The notes under the pieces are model-generated. The model was not told the DNA's origin and did no database searches. It saw only the letters and a list, made by a program, of their open reading frames with translations. A stretch of 61,694 nucleotides of DNA, counting the filler, from Choristocarpus tenellus KU-1152 (lineage: Eukaryota > Protista > Phaeophyceae): NCBI GenBank assembly GCA_964200185.2. It is 10 parts of 10 records of this genome, joined end to end, with 100 filler letters (N's around TTAATTAATTAA, not from the genome) between each part and the next. Parts side by side here need not be neighbours in the genome. Positions count along the whole stretch, not along the records: positions 24,681 to 33,614 come from CAXNAD020004179.1; positions 33,715 to 41,341 come from CAXNAD020005850.1; 8 more parts are not named here. One strand, given 5' to 3'. Positions 24,581-36,856 of this stretch are shown here, one piece after another; positions within the stretch are counted from its first letter, which is position 1; the number at the start of each line of letters is the position of its first letter. The position numbers and the translations under genes are program-made.

Positions 24581-25080
24581 NNNNNNNNNNNNNNNNNNNN
24601 NNNNNNNNNNNNNNNNNNNNNNNNTTAATTAATTAANNNNNNNNNNNNNNNNNNNNNNNNNNNNNNNNNNNNNNNNNNNNCCTGGTCGCCTCCCCCCCAT
24701 CTTTCCCTGCTTCCCCCCCCCCCCCCCTCCCGACCTACCTGGCTTTCCCCCCTTGATATTTCTTCCCTGCAGCAATAACCATGCTGAAGCAAACGTTGCA
24801 AACATGGTATATCAACGCCCACATTTCCAGGTATGCTACAAGAACTGAATCTGAGGTCAGAATTGTAGGCAGTAATAAGTTTCTGGTGTTGCATTTTGCA
24901 ATATGGAGTCATTTGTATTTAATAGCATGTAACCCCTAAATATTGTTGTAGATGTAAGATATATAGTAGTGTATACAGTAGTACCTTATCACTGTCACCA
25001 CTGTCACAATAGTTAGGGTTGTGATGCAACAAGGCCTCTCTCTCCTCATACCTCAAATCTCAAGAATCTTTTTCCCTTCC

Positions 25081-25113
<33 letters not shown>

Positions 25114-25492
25114 TATCCTTCATGTAGCAGAATATACAAAGCGATAAACAAAACCAACACAAGATNNNNNNNNNNAGCAGGGCCCTTCACTTCTCTCCCT
25201 TCTACTACTTAACTTTTTTTTCTTTTCTATCCCCCCCCCCCCCCTCCCCCCCAATTGCTACATTGTGAAGTGAAGCGACTAAGGAAATGTAGCAAACTGA
25301 CCAATATTTGACTTAGCACAATGAATGCGACAAGCATTTTGATGTTTTTGATATCCTAACCAATCATGGTCCTTGCACTCTCTCCCTCAATTCAATCTGC
25401 AATCCTGTCCTATAATCCACTGCCCAAACCTTGCCCCTCTGCTACTTACCTTTCCTTGCCATCACAACACACACACCCTTGCAATGAGGCAG

Positions 25493-26790
25493 GTAACACA
25501 GGAGGGTGATCTTTTGGCTGTGACGTGGGCACCACAGTCTGAGGGCACCCTCATCTGCTCCCCGCAGGATGTGGGACCTTACTACGAGGCTTATGCTGCC
25601 TTCCAGGGTTTATTAGAGGAAGGTACCTTCTCCCGAGAACACATGCTCAAGAAGAGACTCAAGCCGGGGCAGTGTCTGATTTTCAATAATCGCCGTTTGC
25701 TGCATGGTCGGGAGGTACGTGCTGTGTTGATAGAGGCTTGAGGTGGTGGAGGAGGGGGCAGCAAGTTCCCTTTGATCCTCTCTGACTGTTGTGTTTATAT
25801 TCTGTAGCTTGTGTTTGGGGGGTATTGTCTACTGCTGATGGCGCTCTTGTTTGTTTTTGTAATTTTTTTGGTGGTCAGATTGCATATTGGCAGTTAGTTG
25901 ATAGGGAAGGAGGTTGGGGTGGGTGGATATACTCCGCCAAAACAGGATGACAGAGTAGACTGGAAGAGGATGATGGTTGAGTGTGTTGTGATTGTGACCC
26001 AATTTCCATGTGAAGTCACCAATTACTCCTCTTGCTTCTTTCCAGTAAGTACCATACTTTGGGATATCTTGACTTGGAACACTCTGGCACCCATGTGATA
26101 ATTGCCAAATCCAGTGTTGATTCGTCTACCTTGCGTTTTGCACAGTGCAAGTAAGAGCTATTCCGGCAATGCTTCCTTATCAGGAAATTTCTAAGAGTAA
26201 CTAAGAAAATGGCATTAAATGTTAGCGTTCGTCAGGGCGATGTGGAGGCAGTCAAGGAAAAGACCTCTAGCCTCAAAGTGTTTCAGTTCTCTTGCCCAGC
26301 TTCCTGCTTTACAAGCAACTTTTGTTCTATTTCTACATCATATCCTGTACAATAATTCAGAGGTTTTGGGGAGACAAGCGAATGGTACCTGTGTATGTGA
26401 TGACCTCTATTGCTAGATCACTACGGTAACGATTGGACTGCTTCAATGTACATGCTAAAGCATGAACTCGATTTTCTATTCTTCATACCATTCTCACTGC
26501 ATTTGCTCTATCTGCCCACAAAATCTCTTTTCCACATTTCTCTTCATTGGTGCACTCCAAAACCTTGCATTCAACACCCCTTTTGTTTCCATGTACCCTC
26601 TCTTGTCTTGTCCATGCAGGTATTCTCTGGAGAGGGAGCTCGTCTCATGCAGGGTTGCTATATCAACATTGATGAGGCTATGAGTCGCCTACGGGGTTTG
26701 CATATGATGCAACCCTCTTCCTCTGACCCAATAGAAGATCAATTGACAATCCCTGGAAATGGTTCCCCCCTCGTTCTCATAGACTACTGA
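25493..26790 (+). CDS. 3' end of a TauD/TfdA-family Fe(II)/2-oxoglutarate dioxygenase (gamma-butyrobetaine or trimethyllysine dioxygenase-like); exons 25493-25714 and 26620-26790
   Basis: RLKPGQCLIFNNRRLLHGRE|VFSGEGARLMQGCYINID contains the distal iron-binding His and the 2OG-binding Arg; GT-AG, phase 0; stop ends at 26790. Confidence 0.9.
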
Positions 26791-27759
26791 GGCTAAAGCA
26801 GCCCTGGCCTCCTTCCTCAGTGGAAATCAGGCTTGCAGTATAATCACTTTAGGCTCACCAGAAATCGTTGAGATGTTACTGGGGGAGAGGACGTACATTC
26901 AAGAGATGTGTTTAAGAACACAACCAACCACAGTCTGTTTTGTTTACAAGTTACTGTTCAATGAAGAAGTATGAAGTATGGCCTTTCTATACAACATGCC
27001 CAAGTACTTGGAATAATAGCAGTTACGACAACATTGAAATGATGAACAAGTATCAAATGACAAATGATACAGTTGTAGTCTTGAACTACTCAAACTATCA
27101 ATGTCAAATCTACAACAAAGAGCTGTGGCTACCCCAGTTGCTGAGACAGGATTCTTCCAGTCTTCAGGAGTCAGCTTCCATTTTGGCTTTCTCCCATGTA
27201 TCCACCTTAAGTCAGATGCTATACAGGAAAGTGAGAAGCTGGATATTTCCGGGACCAAACTATTTCTTCTTGAAGCAAATATTCCCAGATGACAAGAGCA
27301 TGGGCTCTGAGTCTGCCTGTGAAGCAGGAAGGACCAAATCACGGTGGGCAAGCTAATCACGTAAAGGATGAATCCCTCTTTTGCCACTCATTCAATCCTC
27401 TTTCCCCATCACCTACTTGAAGGCATGGTCTTAGATGGCCCAACTTCCACTCTTGCTGACTGGTTCATTTGCACTCTTATCGTGACCTCTAGCAGCAACT
27501 GAACTATCACTTCCACCTTAATGTTCAAGGGGAGCTGCAATGAAGTCATTAGTTTCTTTGTTAGAAGGGTCTGTGTCCTCTCATGTGTGTACTGTGCTGT
27601 ACTGTGCCACCTGTATCTAACGTGTGCGCCTTTCTTGAGTGCTTCACCTCCAACCTTTCCATCATTTTTGACTCTACATGCTTGCAAGTGATGCTATGCT
27701 ATTTTGGAATACCGTAAAAGTAGTTATGTCAGAGAAGTTTAACTGCGATAACAAACTCC

Positions 27760-27872
27760 ATACATAATCCGGATGTACTATCTCATTAGTTACATTGCAT
27801 GGACTCAATCCAATGTTGTAATTTCACATACACAAAACAGGGTACCCCTTATGATTGTCCTATATTTGCACA
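27760..27872 (-). mobile_element. Fragment homologous to the 3' end of the Sola2-like element (decayed coding-like sequence may extend to about 28900)
   Basis: CATAATCCGGATGTACTATCTCATTAGTTACAT and ATTGTCCTATATTTGCAC match the reverse complement of 2468-2500 and 2420-2436, in collinear order. Confidence 0.55.
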
Positions 27873-29524
27873 CCTACAAAAAATGGACTGTATGAAGCTG
27901 CATGCTACCGTTGACATATACTACCCAGCATTTGCAATTGTACTGGGCCTATCCTTAGATGTTACTCATTCTTCTGATGAAAAGGTACCTCTTCTCCCTC
28001 CCGTTGTCCAATTTTTGTGGGGCCCTTTTCTGTTGGGTACGCTAAAGAAAGTGTTGACAAATGCGAGTCTGTTCATCAGGAAAAATCGACAGGTGCTCAC
28101 TTGTTATTCGAGATATCGTGATCATACGCCCCTTGCACCCTGGTGTTGTAATCCCCCCATCTCTTGCTTCTCCTTTCAGTGCATGTATTCGTATCCATCA
28201 ATTGAAAAAGTTTTCCTCGGCGGGGGTCTGCTTCACCTCACACAAGTGAGTGGTGTGCAACTTATCTCAGAAGGTGACCTTGACTGTTTCCGAGGCTTCT
28301 TCTCTTTGGGCATATCCCGCAACGAAGGTGCCACCGCTTGAAATGCCTGTCATCAGTGACCGGATCTTCATCATCTGCTCGTTGGAGTCGCCTACATCAT
28401 GGTTAGCCTGTTTTAGGATTGGTTCCTTCATTGCCAGTCCCGCTCACTCCATGGTTGGTTCTATGTTCTTCACCTCCACTGATCACCCAGTGTAGGTCAA
28501 CTCTGAGAGTTGGGGGTCAAATTGTCCACCTTGCCTTGTCTCTTGGAGCCCGTTTCATCAGTACCGTACCATGCCTCATCCCGTTCCTCCCATTTACTGC
28601 CATCGGTCGTACATTCCTACATGATAGGTGGCCGTCGTCAGCTTTCCGTTCCAAACATTTCTGAGGTACCAACTCAGATTGTGTACGAGGTACAAGGCGG
28701 TCCCTCATTCTTTCATGAGGGTTCTCCATTTCTTAATTGCTCTCTTTGACCTTCCTCCGTTCATGCCCCCAAATCTCTTCAGCAACATCGAGTTCTCTCC
28801 CATTCTCAAATACGATGGACAATCATGTGATGGTGTGCTGCAAGTAAGGTACGTCATTACCCACGACAACACCACCCCAAAATATATGACGATCATCATA
28901 TCTATGTTTTCCCCCTGACACGTCTGCAAAATGTCAGAGGGCATAATAATATAATCATCGTATCCGTGAATGTGTGATCTTATAGTATTATATATAATCA
29001 ATCAGTTGTTCAGTAGGAACTTCCTGGAATAATCCAAGACCATTCTTGCTCTAGAGCAGACTCTGGGTTAACCAGACGATGAGGAGTGGTAAAGGTGAAG
29101 GCGCCACACTTACTCTTGTGCCCTTCTGTTGCTGAAGTACATAGTTGAAAGGTAGCTCATATAGTATCCTAATTTCAACCATGTCATCAAGCCTAAGAAG
29201 AGCTGGACGGGTGAGTTGTTAGGACTTGGATAGTCTGGATTGTTTAATCCATCTACAAGCTCCAACCGTTCCCAGTATTATGCTACCAACCCTGGATGCC
29301 GCACAGTTCACGCCATGGAGGCTGCAGTAATTCATTAGCATTTTCCCCCCCATAACTCTAAGACCGTAGGACATGTTAGGTAGTTTAGATACGCCTTCAG
29401 CTCCGAGTGTAGGTGGATGTTCGAGTTGGATGCACTATTTATACTGCTCTATTTCAGTAGACTCAGTAAGAAGCATATCGCATTTTCTAATTCCCCCCCA
29501 AAACGACATTTTTCGTCTTGGTAG

Positions 29525-31138
29525 GATCTCGTAAGAGGAGCAGCTGTGGCCGCATCAGTGAGTGAGTACGATCTTCCGGGGCCCATTACAGCTGAGGAGG
29601 TTGACGCGGCCAGCTCCATGATCTTTCGTCCCACCTCGGATCATTCGTCAGGTATGCCAATTGAAATAGAGCATTTTTTCTTATTGTCGCTAAATCCCCT
29701 CCTTCAACTGCTATGTATTCCTGGGTCTACTTCGTACACAACATGTAATTGTGCTGTCGCAATTCCATGCAACGATGACAAAAATGTGACGGGTCTGCGA
29801 AAATATGTGGGAACTTTCAATATCCATCCTTTTCCCACCCGTTCTTTCTCACTTATTTTATCTGGCAGAGTTGATTTTCCGACCAGAGGTTCCCCTTCAA
29901 CGCCTGTCAAGTGACTTGGACAACTTAACCCTGATCCCCGGCCAAAAGGTGCGGAGGGAGATATTGGCAATGGGTCATAGACTGGCCATGGATCCTCGAG
30001 TTCAGGAGGCCGTCGTTGACGACCTGCAGGTTTGTTATACTAGGAGATGAAAAATAAGGGCTAGATCACCTAGGTGTCATGGATCTTTTGACCGCAAAGG
30101 GTGCTGCGGGTTGACAACCTCCCACCCACTCAATTACACGAACACATGCTTTTTTTGCCGCTCTACCCCTGAGATTACCAATCTCTGTCCTCTGACTCTC
30201 TCCTTACTGCTGTCATCTTTTGCGACCCCTCTTTCCTGCTGGCCCACTACCCTTTTCTATTTCTGTGTAGTCTCGTAGCCAAAGGTGGCGGGGGAACAGG
30301 CTGATCAGAAACCCTGGTGGTAGTACACTGCCAATGTCAACTTCTCCTGGAGTGGAATTTGGGTGGGTCGGTGTGCTTACTGTGACTGAGAGATAGTGTT
30401 CCCCTACATGCACTTCCGGGTGGTTGCCAAATACCACACATCACTACTAAATAAATTAATGTGCTCACAGACTTGCAGCAAGGGTTTCCATTTGTTGTTG
30501 AGTGCTATATAATTTCTGATGTTTTATCATTACCTCTCTAAAGCTACTCTGCTTGCAGAGTCAGATTCACCACCTTTAGATGCCATTGCCAACTCTTGGC
30601 ATTCAGTCGCATACCAGGTGTGCCCAGAGCATAGATTGAAGTGTGTATATATCTGCTTCTCGCTTCCAACTAAGTACATCAAGTGTTGAGTGCAGGGTAC
30701 TGGTGAAGGTACACACCCATGTATCTTTCCCACAACAGCCCACCTCGTGTTCATACTATTGTGTGCCTGGACATCTTTTAACATACTCATGTGTTCATGC
30801 TCTCCTGCATCAAGCTCCGAAGAAAACCTTGCTGATGACTTCCTTCACTCACCTGTTGATCTCCTGACTGTTTCTGGTTTGCATCTGATGATGTCGACTG
30901 CCACTGCTCCTTCAATCATCAATGCTGGGGAAGGGACGGCGCTAGGTCAGGATTTCCAGTTAGTATGGTGGAGATGAATGGACTAGGCTTGGAGCAAGAA
31001 GAGGAAAAATCGTGCCATGATGAAGAGACCAAGGAAGATTACCAGGATGAGAGCAAGGGGGATCATGCTCACGATGGAAATGTGAGTCATATAGGGGGAG
31101 AAGCCTAAGGGCAATGGAAAGTGTGTGTGTGTGTGTGT

Positions 31139-31181
<43 letters not shown>

Positions 31182-33161
31182 TGTGTGTGTCAATTCAACA
31201 CTCGTTGTTGTGATAGAGAGTAATCAGGAGTATTCTGAACGCTGGGCACTTCCAGAGCACAAGTTTGACACCCTTGCTGTTACGCTGGCTCATTTTCATG
31301 TACTTGGGTTCTTTTTTTGCAACCTTGGGATCTCTCTTACATTGCATCATGTATTGTTATGCCTTACCTTGCAATAAAATGCTGGGAACATTCTTAATCT
31401 GTGCCTGAAATAAATACACTATGCTGAGGATTTTGAGGAATTCACATATCCTCTTCTCCCTTTTTTATTATCTGTAAGACTTTTCGAACTTCTTGCATTG
31501 CTGGAACACACTCCACCCAACAAGAGACCAAAATTCTGAGGCAGATTCTTCCCTCCAATTTTTCTGCCTCTCTTCTGCACTGGTTGCGTGTATCTCCTTT
31601 TTCTTTATTGTGTTGTCGATGGTTAAAGACCTTTTCTAGCAGCTATCTATGGATACTGCCATTACACCTTAGGATGAACTTTGTTGTCAACAAGAGTCCT
31701 TTTTCGTCAAGAGGATCCTACTCTGGAGTATTGGAGTACATGCCTTCCATGGTGTTTGCTTTGTTTGTCGCTCGTTTGACTCTCTCCGCCCACTGCATGT
31801 TCCCCTCGTGCTTAGAGGATGGGGGTATAATAGGCCTCTGACCTTCTGTTTGACCTGAGGAAGGTGTACCTTTTGGGGAGAACTAATTCAAAGACCCTTA
31901 AAGAGTCCCCATCCGTCCCCCTTCCTTGGTATGGTCTATCGCTGTATCCCTTGTTGCAGGATGATGGGGATGATGAGGACTCAGACCAGCTGAGAGAGTT
32001 TGAGTGTGCTATTTGTTGGGAGATAATGATCGATGTGCATGTCATGGGTGAGTGTGCATTGATGTCATTAGGGAGGTGGAATCGAGCAACTGAGAGCGCA
32101 GGATGGAATCTGTAACATTGTACCCAGTGGTTCAGTATGGTCTGCATGAGGAATATTAGAAACTACTTCCTAATCTCCCCTGCCCCCTCCCTGATTGCAT
32201 GCAAGAGTGATCATTCTAAAGTACGACGGCGATATCATTCTGTTGCAATACTCCACTACTTTAGTGTGGAGGTGTCTACTCAGAAGATGTAATTGTTTTT
32301 TTGGGTGGTAGCGTGATGTTCACTCCTCCGCCCTATGATTACTGTAAGTGCTGGGAAGGGGGGTTGACTCTCTTGGAAGGGATGTGACTTGCCTGAATGT
32401 CCACAAGCTGGACACTGAAAATACGGCGATGGTTGGGAGTACTGCATCACTGTTCAGTATTAATTGTTGGTTTGTTAGACCCTGTACTGCAATGTGTTGA
32501 AATAAGCTGTAAGACCCTACCACATAACATAGAGTTGTGTTATATATACCACTCGTAGTGTGCACTGTACTTTGGGTATCACACCAGGGATTAATCAGAA
32601 GTGTTGACCATTTGGCAAAAGAGATGGGAGGATGCAATGAGAATCTTGGTTTGGGTTTTGTTTTTTCAATTTCAGTGAGACTATGCACACAATGCTACTA
32701 TCGAATTGAATTGTGCACCTCCATATGTGTGTGTGTGTGTGTGTGTTTGACAGAGATAGATGGGGTGCAGGGGGTGAGCTCATTTGCATCCTGACTAGAG
32801 AGAGCCTGTAAGGAATTCCCCTATACAGTCCCTCACTTTCTGGCATGCAGGTAGATATGGTTGGCTGTTCTTCCCACACCCTTCACCCCAGAGCTTGACA
32901 TGGGGTAGTGTTGCCTTCCCTCACCTTCTGCCCATTTCCCAATCACCTCGTGTAGCACATTTCACCCCATCTCTTTCCCATCTGACCCAGTATGTATCCA
33001 TTACCACTACTTCAATGGCTTGATGAATTGAAGACTGCATGAATGGACACACCTTCTGTGGACCCTGTGCAAACATGTGGCTGGATAAGCCCGGCCCTCG
33101 TGCTTGTCCGTCCTGCATGCAGCCTGTAGAAAAGGCGTTTCCAGTTCGAACTTTGGACCAG
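29525..33161 (+). CDS. Multi-exon C3HC4 RING-finger protein (putative E3 ligase), partial; exons 29525-29651, 29869-30029, 30271-30370, 30559-30617, 31960-32047, 33034-33161
   Basis: The last two exons splice to ECAICWEIMIDVHVMDCMNGHTFCGPCANMWLDKPGPRACPSC, a complete RING-HC. The upstream exons form a phase-consistent GT-AG chain (1,0,1,0), but their linkage to the RING exons is inferred. Confidence 0.8.
31121..31170. repeat. (GT)n microsatellite
   Basis: About 25 units with two interruptions; similar (CA)n tracts at about 45127-45166 and 54956-55012. Confidence 0.95.
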
Positions 33162-33567
33162 GTGTGAGGCCCTTTGGATAGGTTGGCAACACAATGATCC
33201 CCTTTATTACTGGGAAAATGGCAACATAGTAAAGACGAGGAAGTTTCTTTGCAGGAGGACAGAAAATGGGTGAATGGAGAGCCAACTTTCAACTTAGGTG
33301 TCGTGCCTTAAGCAATCATGAGGAGTGTGGTTGTGACACTGCATATGGTTGGGGAATATACTCCAACTGTACTTCAATCCATCGACATGCCACAACTTCT
33401 CACCCATCGAGGTCATTTCGCCCCACCAGGCCTGTTCCCTGTCTCTCAAGATTTTTACTGAATTGACCCTGAAAATTTGGTGCCAAATCAAACTGTGAAG
33501 ATGTGGCAAAAGAATATTTAAAGTGTTAGCAAGCTTGCCCATCCACACTCAGTACACCTATAATTAT

Positions 33568-33613
<46 letters not shown>

Positions 33614-33714
33614 CNNNNNNNNNNNNNNNNNNNNNNNNNNNNNNNNNNNNNNNNNNNNTTAATTAATTAANNNNNNNNNNNNNNNNNNNNNNNNNNNNNN
33701 NNNNNNNNNNNNNN

Positions 33715-36700
33715 GATAAAGAGCAAAAAGGTCAAGCCCAGAAGGGGGGGGAAAGGTGTGGGGGGTGCTGTGCTGGGTAAGGCAGATCGCATTGGGCGCA
33801 TGCTACAGGTGGGTGGGTATACTATCTTGCCGTTCCTGGTCGGGTAATTTGGAGGCTCTTTTTTGTGTTGAATTCTGTGTACCTATTTCTATACCCTAGC
33901 CAGTCACAATATTTTAGTATTGTGCCTTAATATCTTTTATCTTTTTAATGTTTATAACGCTTAATATAAAATGGGCCAGGGAAAAGTGAGAAGGTGAGTG
34001 CGGGAGAAGAGGTGGGGGTTGGGTATAGTCACATTTGTGATGAGAGTGGCGTAGGAGTTGGGCATTACAGAAAAGATGCATTGCACCAGTTCTCCCATAG
34101 GTATACTGTCAATGTGGGCACAGGGAGGGAAGGTTTTGTGGAGGGAAACCAAGTGCCGACAACCCATTGATAACATTCGGAAGCTTAAAGTGGTATATTG
34201 AGTCCTTTATGTGTAGTTAGTTACCCTGCATTTTCCCCAGGCAGCTCGCTGTCGATCTTGGCTCACCCCACCTCATAAATATATGCAGATAATTGCTCAG
34301 GCCCCCTCCTCATCCTGCCCTGATCTCTTGCAGCGTAGATAACTTTGTGACTTTTCATTTTTAGTTGCTAGGGAGGTAGGATAGTGGCAGGGATGACTGA
34401 TAGTGTAAGCATATTCTAAATTCACTTCACTACTTGCTACCGCAGCAGTAGTAACCAATATTTGTCAGTCTCTCTGGTCGCTGCTGCAAGAAATTTCCTT
34501 GAAACTTCTTACATTGACTGTTTGTCCCCACGCCCACCAAATTCTGACTCTTTCCCGCCAACCTCTTTGCCCCCTCCCCCACCCCCCACAACTACCTTGC
34601 TGTTCAGTCACTCTCCCAGTCGGTGATTCGCATGAAGAATGATCTACACGTGATCGCTCTCAGCTCTCCCGATGCCCCAGATTGGCAGGCTGCAGCGGCA
34701 GCAGCATTGACAGCTGCAACAAGCCCTGCACCCCGGGATGGAATGAGGGTTGCTGAGTCGTGTGCAGCTGCTGCACTTGAGATGGAGAGGTGGCATTCAG
34801 TAGATGGCCTGGATGGGCTGGAGTTTGTTTCACCAGACTGTGAGGACCCAGATCCGTTGATTAGTCGAGCATTGGTGGACACTCGACATACATTCTTGGA
34901 GATGTGCCAGGTGAGGGACTGTGGGGTTAGAAAGTGGAAATTTGGTGGTTTCATTGAGGGAGGGGGATATGGAGGCCTGTGGGAGTTAGAGGGAATACGC
35001 ACCCATTTTGTCAGTTGTAGATGTTAGTCTGACATTTGACCCGGGGCGTGCTGCGCATCTTTGTGCGGATCTTTAATGATGGCAGTGGTTGTTATTCCTG
35101 ACCTACATTACTAGGTCACCTTGTACTTTGGAGCACTTTTGAATGACAACATGTGTAACCACCCATCACCATGTAGGGCTCTTTACAAACCATATTTTTC
35201 AAAGTGTTCTATTCTAAAACTTCCCGATTCAAATCGTGCTCCCAATCAAATCACAAGAAGACAAATCCTATCAATAATTTATGGTTAGGGTTGGGGTTAG
35301 CAGTATGATCCTGTGGCCTCACATACCCCCCCTGCCCTCCCCCCCCATACACGCACCCTCTGCCCCACTGTAAAATCTCCACCCTTGTCTGATGTTGTTT
35401 GTCCTTCAGTATCGGCACTACCAGTTTGACACCCTCCGGCGTGCCAAGCATTCCTCAGCAATGTTTCTTTATCATCTTCACTGCCCTGAGAACCACGGCC
35501 TCAATCCTTTCTGCTCGCGCTGCCAACGCCTGATCCAAAGTGTTCGCTACAACTGCTCTCTCTGCAACTATGACCTGTGAGTGACAGGTGGTTGCCAGCC
35601 ATTAGAAGAGAAAAAAATCTTGGTTGAGATTATGTCAGACCTGTCTTATCCTTAGCGGAGACATTTTCAACACATTGTTACACTTTTGTGTGTGTGTGTG
35701 TGTTTGGTTGTTTGTTGGTGTACATATCTCTACAGTGGTATTTGTACTAACTTTAGAGGGACTGGGGTAATCAAGACTAGATATGTATCCATAAGAGGTA
35801 AAGGGAACTAGAATGGGGGGGGAATGAACTTGAGGTTTGGGGTGTGGGGTGTTATTTTGAAAGTGTTTGTACTATTGTGTTTCAAGTTCCCACACACACA
35901 CCCAACCCCCATGAATGTTGAGACAAGAAAAGGCTTAAGAACATCAATTAGATGAATCTCACATGATTTTAGGCTGTCTTGTGTTGGTATATTATATGTG
36001 TGCATATTTTTATTCTAGTGTCCACCGTTCTTCACTCACCATAATCCCTACCAAGCGTTCAGTTTTCGATGGTTACAAGCACTGAAATTAGTCCATTTTT
36101 ACACACACCTCCACCAAAAAACCCTTTTTTAATGCTGATTGTTGATTTCTTGGCTTGGTGAGCTTGTATGCCCTCGATACTGTAATCACCATTATGGAAG
36201 CTGCACATAATTCTAGGTATTTGTTAATGGTGTTGATGCCTTTGTGCTGTGCATGCTAGAGTCTTTCAATGCGCACTCGTACAGCCTCACATGTTCTCCC
36301 CCTTCCAACTTAGTAAGAAAGAACCTCTGTACTTCCTTTGGATGCCAGGTGCTTGGAATGCAACAGGAAAATGGGCACCAAGTGTGAGGACGGTCATGAT
36401 CTGGTTCCCTATCGGGTAACCTTTGTCACACCCAACGCTGCCGAGGAGGGACGAGCAGTGGAACAGGACATTCACAGGGAGGATGGACCAATCCCACAAC
36501 CACCAAATAATGACATGGAGGTTGCAGGTGCTGCCATTGCCTCCCCTGCTCCTGCCTTTCCACCTGATGCTGCTGTCCCATGCACCCAGCAGACTGCGGG
36601 TGAGGGTGAGGGTACCTGTGAGGAACAGGGCAAGCAGGGAGAGCTTTGCCAGGTGGAGGCGATGGATGTTCAGGTTGAAGGAGAGGGACAGGGAGACTGT

Positions 36701-36856
36701 GAGTTGAATAGTGGCGATGATACCTCCATGAATGTGTATGCCTTGGCGAGCAGGGTGGGTGGTGAGCGGGGTGGGGTTGGGGAAGGCGATGGCAGATCGG
36801 GTTTGGATGTGCCAGGGAGTGTGCCAGGAAATGACAGTTCCATGGAATGTTTGTGA
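33715..36856 (+). CDS. 3' part of a p300/CBP-family (KAT3, plant HAC-like) histone acetyltransferase with ZZ finger; exons from contig start 33715-33808, 34608-34910, 35410-35576, 36349-36856
   Basis: Basic loop KSKKVKPRR, then MLQ|SLSQSVIRMKNDLHVIAL, EDPDPLISRALVDTRHTFLEMCQ|YRHYQFDTLRRAKHSSAMFLYHLH (HAC1-type HAT C-terminus), and ZZ CSRC..RYNCSLCNYDL|CLEC..CEDGHDL; all GT-AG and phase-consistent (0,0,2). Confidence 0.93.
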
